Below are positions 27,080 through 39,891 of a DNA stretch of 64,000 nucleotides, in pieces. A program made the translations under genes and the position numbers. Each line of letters opens with the position of its first letter. Position 1 is the first letter of the stretch. The notes under the pieces are model-generated. The model saw only the letters and a list, made by a program, of their open reading frames with translations, made no database searches and was not told the DNA's origin. Source of the stretch: Lobosporangium transversale (lineage: Eukaryota); contig NW_019029021.1 in NCBI RefSeq assembly GCF_002105155.1, positions 310,001-374,000 of the forward strand. Reading direction: 5' to 3'.

Positions 27080-28006
27080 AGTTTGGAATATGACGACAGA
27101 TTGGAATTCCGAGAACAAAGATCCCGCTGCTAATCCAATTCTTACCGCTCCAAACTTGGGGACAAGCTCTTCCAAAGCAGCGCCTGCTGCTTTGCCGAGA
27201 TGCATCATCACTAATAGATTCAACCCAAAGATAACCCAGTTGGCTGCTAGGCTCAACTCAGGACCATGGGCTGCACCCGCACCATGATCAGCTCCAGCTT
27301 TGGACAGCATGACATACTTTAGCCCTCCAAACTCTAAGGCTGCATGAGATATAGTGTTGTTGCCGTCTGCATTGCCATGTGATAGCTCCATCTCATGCTT
27401 TGCCCGAGCTGTTAATACGATTGGTATCGTCCATGCTGGTACAATCAATGTAATAAGAAAGAACCTCCGGAAGAATGTATTGATAGCATGCATATTTTCC
27501 TTAACAGTTCTGTAGGGGAAAAGGTGACGATCCACTCGTTGGCCAAGTGCATGGTCCATCTGAGTTGATGTATGATCTGAATTACTCTTTTCCATTTCAT
27601 CTTTGCCACTTGCATTCTTATTCTCGTCGCCATTTTCAATATTCTCTCCCTTGAAGCTACTTAGTTTGTTATTATCGTCCTGGTCGATATGTGAGAGTTC
27701 AACAGCCGGTTGAAATTTCTCATCCTTCAGACTTAATTCAGGTGCAGCGTTTATGTTTCGTTCTTCTGGTGTGGACTGATCCTTGAAGAGAACATGACGG
27801 CGACGCACAGCATTATCGGTATGGTTCTTCTGGTCGTGTGTGGGTATCGATATTGTTGAGTCGCCAGATAACATGTTGTCCCCATTTGTAGCCGAACTGC
27901 TGTGTGGTTGAGAATAGGTTAGAGGCTGTGAAAGAGGAGGCGGAGAAGGTGAAGATGCGACTGCGTGGGCATCATTTTTGCTATTGATAGAAGATGAATG
28001 CAACAT
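25807..28006 (-). CDS. Divergent Ca2+/H+ (CaCA/CAX, Vcx1-like) antiporter, multi-exon
   Basis: 'VVQAAMLGAILNNLLLMLG', 'FVGFILLPIV', 'NRMDKAVSLMVGSCMQIALLVTPILVLLGWIMDVPMTFRF' and 'TNWFEG' match CAX family transmembrane segments. Confidence 0.85.
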
Positions 28007-28203
28007 GGTCTCCGTCTTCCTTGACGAAGGTCACTAAGGAAAAAATGCTGTCGTAAATGAAGAGGTAAAAGAAAGAGAGAGGAGAGAAGGGTCCATGAAA
28101 TATGGAGACAGCAAAATATTGGATATTTTACATCAGTGCACAATTATTATTTTTTTCTTTTTTCAATATTTCCGCGATATTTATTATGCTTATTGACTAT
28201 GCT

Positions 28204-29062
28204 CTACCTATGCTTGCTGGTAGATCCCTGGTATGTCGGGTCCTGACTAGGATAGCTAAAATCGGATTTACTGCCAGGAGGTGGAGGTGGACCGGCTTGA
28301 AGCGCGTCCATGACCGCTGCGGGTGAAGGTGCAATTTCTCCTTTCTGTTCACTCCTGGCACCTACTGGTCGTGGCTTCGCCCATGACACCTTCAGGAGAG
28401 CTCCCTGAAGATTAACGCCTCCTCCAGCCTTCTCGAACGCCAATTCCGCTCCTGCTCTTGTCGTGAAATTAATGAAGGCACAATTTGACTTGTGTACAAC
28501 AACAATTGACTTGATCTCCCCAAATACATAGAAAAATCCTCTCAAATCAGGCTCTGTAACTGATTCTGTCACACCTGTGATAAATAGTGAGGTCTGGGTA
28601 AACCATAGGATAGTCATAGTTAATATTAATATATCTGGTTAGAAAGTATATACATATAAAGACTTCTTGGGAGCTGAATTATGTAACTTACAATGGTCTT
28701 GTCTTCGGGTGTCGAAGCTTGCCTTCCTGCACCACCAGCCCTTGGCCCTGCTAAAATTTTTCTAGCTACAGGGTCGTTGGTGCCATAGTAGCGATCCTTG
28801 ATATTCTGATGCTTCAGCTCCCCCTCTTGAGGCATTTCATGACGATATGGACATTCTGCCCCACGTGTACAGTTTCCCTTCACGAAAAATGAGCATATAT
28901 GCTGACGATTACGCCTATAATAGGGGTCCTTTCTCTGTAGTTTTTTTAGCATTTCACGCCCTGCCGACTCTGCTTTCCCAAAGTTTCCTGATCCAAGCCC
29001 ATCATCATTATTCTGAAACTAAATGGCCATTACAATGATACAATCTTTGTTATTTGGTATAG

Positions 29063-29103
<41 letters not shown>

Positions 29104-29727
29104 GAGGCGAACTGTTTGCATTTGAGTGAACATACATGAGCATCCATGTTTTGAGCAAAGTATTCTTTGTTGACGTCAGATCGAGGCGCATTATCCTCTA
29201 GGCCAAGGGCTGTATCACGAACTTGGACTGGCAGACCAAACTCTAGATCCAGTAGGCACGTTTGGCAAACATTCTTTACTTTAGAGCAGGTTTGACAAAT
29301 TTCTGTCTTTTTGAAACGCATGCCAACTCCGGGGCACCAACGGAATACTGTGAATGGTCTGGTGCAGACTTTACACTCTTTCGCCTGAGACTGCTTGGTC
29401 TATATCAATATGCAGTCCATAACAAGGACCTATTAGTAAGCGGGTAGCCCTTGAGTCAGCGATCGAGGGCCTTTTGTTAGAGCAGCTGTGAAGCAACTTC
29501 AAGAGTTCAGCTTCTAGCGACATACCATGCGTAGATAGGGGTTGTCTCCGAGACAAGTCTCACAGAGGATAGGGAATTCCTAATGGAGCATAGTAAAAGG
29601 ATTGATGCTGGCAAAGGTAAGTGATGGACTTGGCTCATATGCATGACTCATTGATTTACAACAGTATCCTTGTTATTACCGATTCTTCCCAAGAGACTTT
29701 GTTAGGATCAGCTTTAATTTGTGCCAT
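28204..29727 (-). CDS. SLT11: Pre-mRNA splicing factor Slt11/Ecm2/RBM22, multi-exon
   Basis: '[19 protein letters not shown]', '[41 protein letters not shown]', CCCH finger '[20 protein letters not shown]' and a C-terminal RRM. Confidence 0.95.
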
Positions 29728-29931
29728 GGTTGGTGGTAAGATGTGAGGAAGTGTAAATGTGTAAATGTGCGAATGAAGAGCATTGCAGGGATGCATACAT
29801 TATAAGGTGGCGCAGTGGCTTATTTCCTAAGTAACAATGAACATGTGTGAAGGGTTCAAGGTCGCTGTTGTCTTTTGGTCTGAACATGACATCCTTCAAC
29901 TTTCACTGCTGAAGACGCAATCCTTTCTACC

Positions 29932-31959
29932 ATGCGAATCCGTCTCGCTTTCGAAGATCCGTTGCCACGATACAAGTGTTGGTTCGAAGTTCCTAGTTCG
30001 TGTTCAACGATCCGCGATCTTCAAAAGGCGATCAGGAAGGGCTTCAAGCTGGATCAGTATTGCAAAACAACCCGTCTGGACTTGGATGGATTCTTTCTTC
30101 TGCCGGCTTCAACAATTGCTGGGCTTATCAAGGACGATGACCTTTTACAGTATGCTTTTTGCTGATGCTAAAAAATGGCAGCTTTTCAAAGAAAAAAAAA
30201 AAGTCGCTGTTAACAATTTTTTTTTTTTTTTTTTTTTTTTAATAGAGTGAGGATCAGAAGAAAATGTGATAATTTACCACCGCGTTCTTTGCCCGCTGCA
30301 GGTAAGATCAGTAATATCGGCAAGCATGTCATTATGGAAGAAAACAACCCTCTATGCTTTTATTGAATATCTCTCGTTTTACAATAAAGGTGGCAAGAAA
30401 CGCTCAATAGAGGAGGCGGAGTTACTTTATCAAGATTCAAAAACAGCAAAAAGAAGAGCGCACATGGGGAAAGAAGTACCTACACGTAAATCATCGCAGA
30501 GTATACGGCCGCGACCTGGACAGCCAAATCAAAAACAAAAGCAGCATACGGAATTGAACAGGAAACCATCAACACTTGTAAACTCTCAAGCGGTCAATGA
30601 TAAGCAGGAAAAAATTGATGACCAACAACGAACACAGTCGGATGAAGTAACTTTATCCATTAAGGGGAATGAAGCGAAGAAACCAGCGACACCCTTCAAC
30701 CAAAAGAAACCTGAAAAAACTATTAACAGTTTGAACAACAAAAAAGTACAAAATATTTCTGCGAAACCCAAGAATGGGACTTCCGAAGCAGACTCAAGTG
30801 CATCGGAGGGCGATGTTTCCGACGACACTGACAGTAATAACACCGGTAATGGAAATGACCTGAATATAACCATTGCAATACCCTAAATATAAAAATAACC
30901 CTTCGGATTCCAAAGTGAACAGAAAAATTCATATAAATCTTTTAACTACTCAGTGAAACCCCTTGTTAAGGTAGTCCCTGGAAGCGGATCTAAGCAAACG
31001 AAGGCCAGGAATGCACGTCGAAAGTTGCAAAAGGTTTTGGCGGCATCGGCTCAAGCCACTACGAATTCACATAGTCTTCATGATGTCCAGAGCCAAGATC
31101 GAGAGAGTATACAAACGACAGTATGCACACCTTCTCGACCAACAGTCAGCTCCAATGTACATACCCAGCCGTCGCCAAAGATTGTCATGACGACCGTTGA
31201 TCTGCAAGACCACGATATTATCCATAAAAAACAGAAAGCAACGACACCTAAAAAGAACGTTTCCTTTGGCAAGAAGGCTGCTGGCGATGCACATGGGATG
31301 TCAGATCCAGTACCAACACAAACCATCTTAAAATCGAATACCCCTAACAATGCCAGCTCCATAATGCCTGCAAAAGAAGACGAGGCAGATTTAGAATTAC
31401 CATTACGGATTTATGCGGATCTTCCTAGACAAGAAGGTCCTCTATGTATTGGAGACATCATCGCATATAAGGTTTGTCAAAGAGAAAACTCCGATGAGCG
31501 ATTAAACCATTATGATGAGTTTTGTACGAACTCAAGTATTCACTACGCTTACTATTTGCATCGCGGGCATAGACGTTGGAGATCGGTCCCTCATACAATC
31601 CAATCATCTCGGAATTCAAGGTTGGCAGGATGAAGCTACTCTTTCGATTGTCATTATACCTTTGCATTGTTGTACGCTAGAGAAGTAGCTGATACTTTAC
31701 TATTATTGCTCAATCTTTTGTACATCTCTAGGAAGCAACAGTAATTGGGCTTTCAGAGTCAGGGACAGTTGCCGAGGTGCAGCTAGATCGCAGGTTTAGG
31801 GCCTCATTTGAGGTGGATGGTGATGGCCAACCCATCCTAGGCAAGTTCGATGTCTATGATGAAGATGCAGTAGAGCGCGCTAGACAGGGTATTGCGTCTT
31901 TGGACGTCCTAAGCCTTGCAGATTGCCGCCTCATATCTAGAAGCAAAGTGGATTCTTAG
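29932..31959 (+). CDS. Coilin-like protein (Cajal body scaffold), multi-exon
   Basis: N-terminal coilin domain 'MRIRLAF...CWF...TIRDL...LDLDGFFLLP..IAGLIKDDDLL', disordered Lys-rich middle and C-terminal Tudor-like 'GDIIAYK/TLEIGPSYNPIISEFK'. Confidence 0.8.
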
Positions 31960-32915
31960 GACGTCATCTCTATCTATCTGAAATAAAAGAAAAGGACAGT
32001 CTTGTCTCTAAAGATTGCTGTGGTTGTTGATTGAAAACAATATATATATGTTACCGTTTCAGTAAATTGTTCAAAATTATTATTTTGCGCCACAGCAACG
32101 GGATGTGCTCAACCGCGATACGGTTGTAGCGGAAAATATCGCTGATCCAGGTTCTGTTTCAAAGAAAGCTGACAAAGCACAGGAGTGCCAACCAGTGTAA
32201 CAGGAATCTGTATAAACAGTAATTGGAGGAGACAGCATTAGCAGTAACTGTGATACTCGGAACCAATTGATCTTTGCTGTTTTACAATAAAAGAAATTGA
32301 ATGTGAAAAAAAAAAAAAAAAAAAAAAAAACTATTGGGCGAAGTTTCTGAAATAAGAAAAGGAGTTTCAAATGAAGAATGAGAGCATGCTATGCATCACA
32401 AGGATGGAATGTTCAAAAAAGGAGAGTCCGCATGGGCCAAGCAAATTGGTTCTATGGCCTAATATATACTTTATATATCCATTTATCCATTTTCAATCTT
32501 TAATCAGGTTGGATAAACAAGGCAGCAGCTGATGAATGGATGGGTAGATGAACAGATGAATAGGGGGTGAGTTGTTTTAATGAACTGAAAGTATGTACAA
32601 AAGTGTCATTTGTCCAAAGAAGCTGGATCGCGTGTGAGAGATATTCTTACTGTCCAGAAATTAGTGGCATGGCCAAACAAGTGTTTCACCGGATCTTTTT
32701 TTGTTTTTGGACAAACAATTACATATTACAATTACATACACATGCACGCACAAAGATCATCTCTCTCTCCCTTCCATTCTTCCCCCCTTTTTTTCTGCTT
32801 CCTTTTTCCCTTTTTCTCCTCTCTTCATTCTTCAACTCCCTCTTCCGAAACAATAAAAAAAGATTTTCCTTGACGTTCCTTTTTTCATTTTTCATTTATT
32901 TCTTTTACTTAAACC

Positions 32916-35239
32916 ATGTTACAGATCAATCCGTTTGACATCCCAGAGATTTTAAATCGCATTCTCACTTGTACGTCGATCTTGAGTGCAAATGATCTGG
33001 CTCTGACTGCTTTGGTCAGCAAGTCATGGGCTCTTGCTTCAAGACGAGCATTGTGGCAAGACCTCGAACTTAATAGCGAGTCCTGGATCGATGTACATTA
33101 CAATAACTTGTATAAACAACTGATGCGCTACGGTCATTTTGTACGCGTACTCACATTGACAGACTGCGTAAGTACTCATGGCTATTCACCTTGGACGAAA
33201 CATATAGAAAACACATTGCTACCTTCCCCGTTCTAATAGACGATATCAACATTTAGGGTCCCGACAAGGCTCGGTTTTGTGAGTTAATGTGCATGATGAA
33301 AAACCTGCAGGTGGTTCTTTTGGATAGGCTCATGCTTCGTGGTCATGCCTCTATATTACAAGAGTCTCTCGACCTCTTGTTTTTCCCACAGCTATGTGTT
33401 CTCAAACTGCCATATATGATCTCGAGCTCTAGTGGTCCTGATATCCTGCTTAGGATCTGTAACTCTGCACATAAAATCCAGCGTCTGGAGTTAATGGACA
33501 GCGACTTTGATGGCAAAGCCCTTGCTCTCATCGAAGAAGCATGCCAATCACTTGTCTCCCTTGACTTGTCAAGAAACGAGGTGGTCACTCTGAACGAATC
33601 AATCACAAAGCATGTCGCAATGGACCAGGTAGAAGAGCATTGGCTAGGATCCAAGATACCAAATACATCACCAATAGTGGATACATCCTTCGGGCTATCG
33701 ACGAGAACACCTACATGTGGCAGTACTCAAAACTCCAATATGTTGCCCTTGACCCAAAAAATGACCGACGCCTCAAGTCCATTGGCTCTTCAGTCACGAC
33801 AGCATACACATGTTCACGAGTTTACGTCCCGGAAGCCGTCTGAACGTCATGAGTTTCAGGATTCACGCACACAATATGGAAACATACAGCGTTGTTGCAG
33901 ACCTAGCTTGCTGGAGATGCGGCAACCTTTTATGTACCTCGAAGAACTTAGTCTTGTATTTTGCCTTGGGATCACTAACAGTGATTTCCAAACACTTTTT
34001 CAGTCATTTCACGGCAAGAATCTTCGGTCATTGGATCTTCAATTCACAAATATCGAGGATTCAGGCCTTGAAACATTGGCTGACGCCTTGACGATGCGAT
34101 GCACACATCCAACATTACAAAGTATAAAGTACACTGGCATCACTTGTGTCAATGTGAGCTTTTGCAGTAAAATTACAGCGCGCGGAATAAATGCATTAGT
34201 TAAGGGATGCCCTCAACTGCTAGAGCTTGAGTTCTTGAGTTGTGACTCTGTTTCTGCAGAGTGCTTTCAAAATACAATGCCATGGGCCTGTGCTGGGCTC
34301 AAGCGACTCGAGTTTACAGTTCATCCTAGAGTACTATTTCTGGATCAATCCATCAAAAATAAGGACACAGTCAATCGACGGCTCAGTACCACAGTGTCAG
34401 AAGAAGAAGGGGGGTCAGCAGCAGCAGTAGCAAAGAACCATGACCCTACTCCTTATAGGACTATCAATCAAGGCGACCAACAGTCTCAGATGACGGCTCA
34501 GCATCAGAAGGGCAATTTGTTACAACGAGCACATCATGGTATTTTAAAAATTCATAAACAGTGTACTCAAAGAAAAGAAGACATTCAGCCGAACGATAAA
34601 GAATCAATACTCAGTGATTACTACGCCATGTTTAGGCAGATCAAACTTCTCACGGAGTTGCAATCACTGCAGATATTCAACAGTCCAGCACTGAACACTA
34701 CGAACAATGCAGGAAGTCTACCAGAAGAGTATTCAGTTCCTGAGGGCCCGCATATCCAACAGAACTGGGATCCTACACTAGAAGGCGCCATGAGTACTGA
34801 AGAGGATCTGCAGGAGACCAATGGTGGAGGTCGAAACATCATCGATGGCGAACTACGCGATGCGCAAAATATGCAAGATAGTAATTCTGATAGTGGTCCA
34901 AGTTTAGGGCACCCTTTTTTCCATAAAAACAAGATAGCTATGGCCCCGTTACTTATTGCTGGAAGCGTGTCCAATTCAAGCATCTGCCCGTTCTCGTTTC
35001 GGATGGGTCTCAAAGCACTGGGTCGGCTGAAGAAATTACAGACACTTACGTTTTATGAGCGCTCAAATGTGGTCTTTGGACCCTCAGAGATGCGATGGAT
35101 TGGCAAAACATTCCCTCAGCTGTCGGTATTGCAATTACGGGGTGCTATCGAGGCCCCGGACAAATCTTTTGAGCGCTTAAAGAAGGTACAGCCAGGAATT
35201 CAACTCCAGGTGTGTCCGTTATTTGATAACCCTTCATAA
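32916..35239 (+). CDS. F-box/LRR (RNI-like) protein
   Basis: 'NPFDIPEILNRI...LALTALVSKSW' F-box; LRRs 'LEELSLVFCLGITNSDF', 'VNVSFCSKITARGI'; one intron near 33168-33257. Confidence 0.8.
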
Positions 35240-35423
35240 TAAAGTCACAAAAAAAGCCACTTCATTTTACACCTTTTGCTTCGAAGAAAGAAATGCGAAA
35301 TTACAGGTCATTCCTTCCTTGTTCCATCAATTACTCGTGATTTAGGCTCTAACACTAACAATCAGACGCATCGAAAATCAGCAGCACATTCTTTTCTTTT
35401 GCATCAACAGTTGAAAGAATCTC

Positions 35424-35970
35424 ATGGAGGTTGATCCATTCGAGGCACGTCTTGAATTCCGTGGCTTGCTTGGCAGACTTAATGCTTCACAGCATTCGAT
35501 CCAGAAGGTCGGGAACTTCGCCATGAGGAATAAGAACCTTCATGAGGATCTTTACAGTTGTATTATTGAGGAGCTAGAGCAGGTGAGAGCCGATTCATTA
35601 GGGCTATTTATTGAATGTATGCTTGCTTCACCTTTGCACTGTAGCTTTTGCTTGCCCATCAAAGTCGATTCTCTCAGAGTATGATTGGAAAAGCAATAAA
35701 GGAAAATGAGCAATCTAGATACGAGGAAGAGCTATTGGGAGACTATCGGCTACAACACAGACTTGCTTTACTTTGAGTACACCATCGCAATGAAGTATTT
35801 AGTTATATCGCATACAAGGTTCATTCGATTACGAGGCGTATTCACACTCTTTACATGCAGCTCTCCTGCGTGCTCTTCGTTGAATAAAAATGCTTATGTA
35901 TGCGAGATCCTCATTGGAGTTGAATATATCATAGACCATCGAAGGCATTTTTGTTTACATGTGTCTCGTC

Positions 35971-36005
<35 letters not shown>

Positions 36006-36532
36006 TCAGCGTCTGTGGACCTTATCTACCTTATTTGTTGCTTCTCAATCTTATTCTCATGTGGCCGGCTTTGATTTTTGGCTCTCATACCCTTGTCCCT
36101 TGCAATTTTTTTCTTCTTCTTTGCTTTTGGAACAGTGAAGCTTTATCAATGTATGTAAATGTAACTAAGGATTATATATGAAAAGCATGATATTTATATC
36201 TATTTCTTTTATCAATTTTATTCAAGACGCCTTCTATCAACACCAAAATGAATATATTTTATGTTCTCGACTCCATATGTCACCAGAGCCACAAGGCAGG
36301 CTTTTCAGGATATATGGATCTTATTCAAAGAAATCTGCACAAGATAATCGAGTGCGTTACTCCAAGCGGGCCAAAAGGCAACGTGAATGTCGCAGGGACG
36401 AAAAAGGTGAGCAAGCTACCAAGAAACCAAGGAATGGTTTTCATATCATCCAACCTGAATATGATTAAATTAATATTTATTGTCACAAATGGAGGCCTTG
36501 TCAAACAATTGATTTTTTTTTTTTTTTTTTAA

Positions 36533-36569
<37 letters not shown>

Positions 36570-36752
36570 TATTTTAGATTCTGGACTCCTGGCGGGCAAA
36601 ACGTCTGTTTAACGAAAGTGTGATTGATAAAGTGGAGAAGCCTCTTTTATCAAGGGACTTGGGGTAAGGCTTGATATCCATTATGAACAACGTATGCTTA
36701 TCAAGTTACATTGGATTCTGATAGTGCCTATGATATCTGTCCGTTTACTTGG

Positions 36753-36783
<31 letters not shown>

Positions 36784-37658
36784 TGAAGCGCAAATACACT
36801 ATCAAACGCTGAAGCAGGATTCACAAAGGACGATATCCTGAAACGAATGGACGAGGATAGGGAGCGTGTAAGCTTTTGGGCATTGCTGGATCAGAAGATA
36901 GGACTTTTGAACTAATAACTGGAGTGTTCGTATTGCACCTTCTTACATTATTTTTTATTTTTTATTTTTTTATTTTTCTGCAGCATAAAAGAATACGCGA
37001 AGAAATATGGATCAGACCACCGGATGAGGACTCGGATGCAGAGTTTTTACAAAGCTGGGATGAAGTATCTGACATGGAGGAAAATGACTATGAGGATATC
37101 GAGAGTGAAAACGAAAAATATCTACCAAACTATCCATGGAGCTTGGAATTTGATCGCTTTTTACCCTCACCCGCTATTTTTAAATCTAAAACAAATTCGA
37201 CATCTGCAACAACTTTTGATTCATCTCTCGATTCTGGTGCGGTAGCGACGAAGCGGCTCACAAGCCCAGAGGGGACAGTATCTGTGTCGAATGCCGGTGC
37301 AGGAGCAGGAACAGGAGCTACACAGGTGTCAGGTCATCACAATGGTTACCATGGACAACACAACGTTCATTTTCCACACCAGCCAACATCACAACAACAA
37401 GTTTACTCACCAACGAGTGCTTCTGCTACCGACAACAATTACATCGGAAGTACGATTTCACGTAGTCACTTCCACTCATACTATGATTCATCTATTCCGA
37501 CTGCACCAACCTCAGAGGGGCCTGCTCCATCCTATAGAACATCACCATCATCTACGTATCAGCCATTTCCTAGGACACACTACCAAGAATGCACTACCAG
37601 TAGCGGCGGCAGCCTCCAATCTGGACATTCTAATGGTCATAGCGACCGTGGACCATAA
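35424..37658 (+). CDS. CTK3: CTD kinase I subunit gamma (Ctk3), multi-exon
   Basis: 'DPFEARLEF..LL..LNASQHSIQK...EDLYSCIIEELE', 'NTKMNIFYVLD', 'DILKRMDEDRER/HKRIREEIW'. Confidence 0.9.
36537..36568. repeat. (TA)n microsatellite in CTK3 intron
   Basis: About 16 TA units seen directly. Confidence 0.9.
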
Positions 37659-37963
37659 CTAGACTACAATCCATTTATTTTAATAAAAAAAAAAAAAAAA
37701 AAAAAAAAAAATTAGATAAAAAGTCAAATTAATATTGAAATATTTATGGTAATAAAGGAAACCTATAAACAGATAGAGATTTAGCGTATGAATAATATAA
37801 ATTGATGAATAAAGAAGTATATAAGTAAAAAATAAAGATAGGAGAAGTTAAGATAAATAACAAAAAGATACAGTAGAATAGTATCGAGGTTTTTATTTAG
37901 CCTCGGCAATTGTGTTTGTAGTCTCTAATGTAATTTACGGCAAGCGCACGGCTTGTTCCTTGC

Positions 37964-38134
37964 TCAGGTCCCCAAACTAGATAACCAGTCATCCTTGCCC
38001 GCATAGGGCCCGTTCACAGCATGCGGTGAGTTGTCACTCCAGAGTTTGCCGCCTACACCGTCTGGGAAGTATTCCGCTATTCCTGCCATGGTTACATTCA
38101 TGATCTTTAGATGATAATGCAATAAGGTAATATG

Positions 38135-38171
<37 letters not shown>

Positions 38172-39290
38172 AAAGGAGGAGCCAAATAGTGAGCAGTTTA
38201 CACACCAAGTAGAACTCTTGGTCAAAAGGCGCTGAGTTGGGTCCAGCCCACAAATTATCGACCCATGAAGGAAATTTGCCTTCCCCGAACATATTGTTGA
38301 ATGGCACATCAAGTACAAGGCTGTTGTCGACATTATGTCTTGAGAATCTCCAGTCTCTAATCTAATTGAAGCCATCCACGAAAGTCTTTCCTTCCGGCAG
38401 CCTGTACTCTGTATGTGTCATCCGGTGCCCATTAAGCCCATACGAAGGGCCTTTTGACACAAACCGAAATTGGTTAGCCGAATTAAAATTAGATGGCTGG
38501 GGTGAACGAACACACAAAATATAAAAATATAAAAATATAAATGCAATTTGAGTGAAAGCGCCTTGCACCGTTATTACAAGACTTTACTAAATCAATCTCT
38601 TCGTTTGCAGGCCAACTGGCGTATTGATAATGGGCCGGTAACATCCAGATCGCCTTACATGACAAATAAGAGTTAAGGGAATATGCATTTATGCGCCACC
38701 AACAAACATTAATAATGATTGGAGGATGCTCACAGGCCATATCCATTTCCCTATGGATACCCTTACCCTGATTTGAGCTTCCCCATATCCGAATTTGGAG
38801 CTGCTGGCGCTGCGAACAAGACCAGACTGAATTGGATTTAAAGTGTTCTCCTCTACTCCAGCGACCCGATAGCAACCATAGCTATAACGACCAGTGCATT
38901 GCGTCTCTGGACCACTGCCCTACATATCATTGATACCGCCTTTGCGCCTATAAGATACTCTGTCAGTGTCGGCCGAATGTAAAAGTTGCCGTTTCCTACA
39001 AATGCATTAGTGCGGTTGTTGATTCAAGCTTGAGCTTCATGATACAGTTGGTTGAAACATCATGAAGCATTATGACACGCATTCAAGGTCGTCATATTGA
39101 GTCAATATTTCAGTATTGAATTCACTTACCCTCCATCTGTTAGTGTAAGATCATACTATCACCATCATACGGACGTGGGGTATGTCGTTGTCAGAAAGAA
39201 GTCATTTCCTTGCTTTCATTTAGCTTTAACTCCCAAACCAAGTCGTCCAGCTTGTCAAACTCGTCATCAAATAACGGACACCTATTCTTA
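37964..39290 (-). pseudogene. Decayed GH16 beta-1,3-glucanase / glucan-binding protein gene
   Basis: Minus-strand fragments in shifting frames with stops: 'LFDDEFDKLDDLVW', 'NAFVGNGNFYIRPTLT', 'QCTGRYSYGCYRV..LNPIQSG...FGYG...GKWIWP', 'AIWMLPAHYQYASWPANEEIDLVKS', 'GPSYGLN...GKTFVDGF', 'MNVTMAG...YFPDGVGGKLWSDNSPHA'. Confidence 0.75.
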
Positions 39291-39891
39291 ATCACTGCTT
39301 CAGTTCCTAATTGTCACCTGTTTTCCTTTGTTAAATACACTGCTTGGGATTCATCACGTAGTTTTCGTTCATAATCAGGATTAATGGAGCCCTTTAATTG
39401 GAATTCTACGCCAACCATCTTGCGCAGGCCTGCAGGACCCTTTCTGTCTATGTAGCCATATGAACTTGCAGCTGTCGGGGCAAATATGAAGGTCAAGCTT
39501 CAACAAGATTGCTTGACTTGGTAAAACGATATTTATTACGTGCCTCATTACGTAAGCTTATATTAGACAGATAAGAAAGTTAGGTATAATAGGAGCGGTA
39601 CGGGTACACGAGGTTCTCTTATCCTGAAATGGTTTGGCAGAAAGTGGGAAACATTATTGATTATTAGACAGCCCCTCACTCCCGTGCGTTTTAAACGCGA
39701 TCACTCACCCTTTATTTCTGATACAGATACACGGATCTTGCAATTAAACTAAAACATAAGCATATCCGAGATTCTTGCAGGCTATATTAATACCAATAGG
39801 CACTTAAACCATGCGTGATTTACATTCAACAGGGCAGTTCGACAACATGCCAGAATCTTAGGGACCCTTAAGACATCATTGGCGCTCATGA

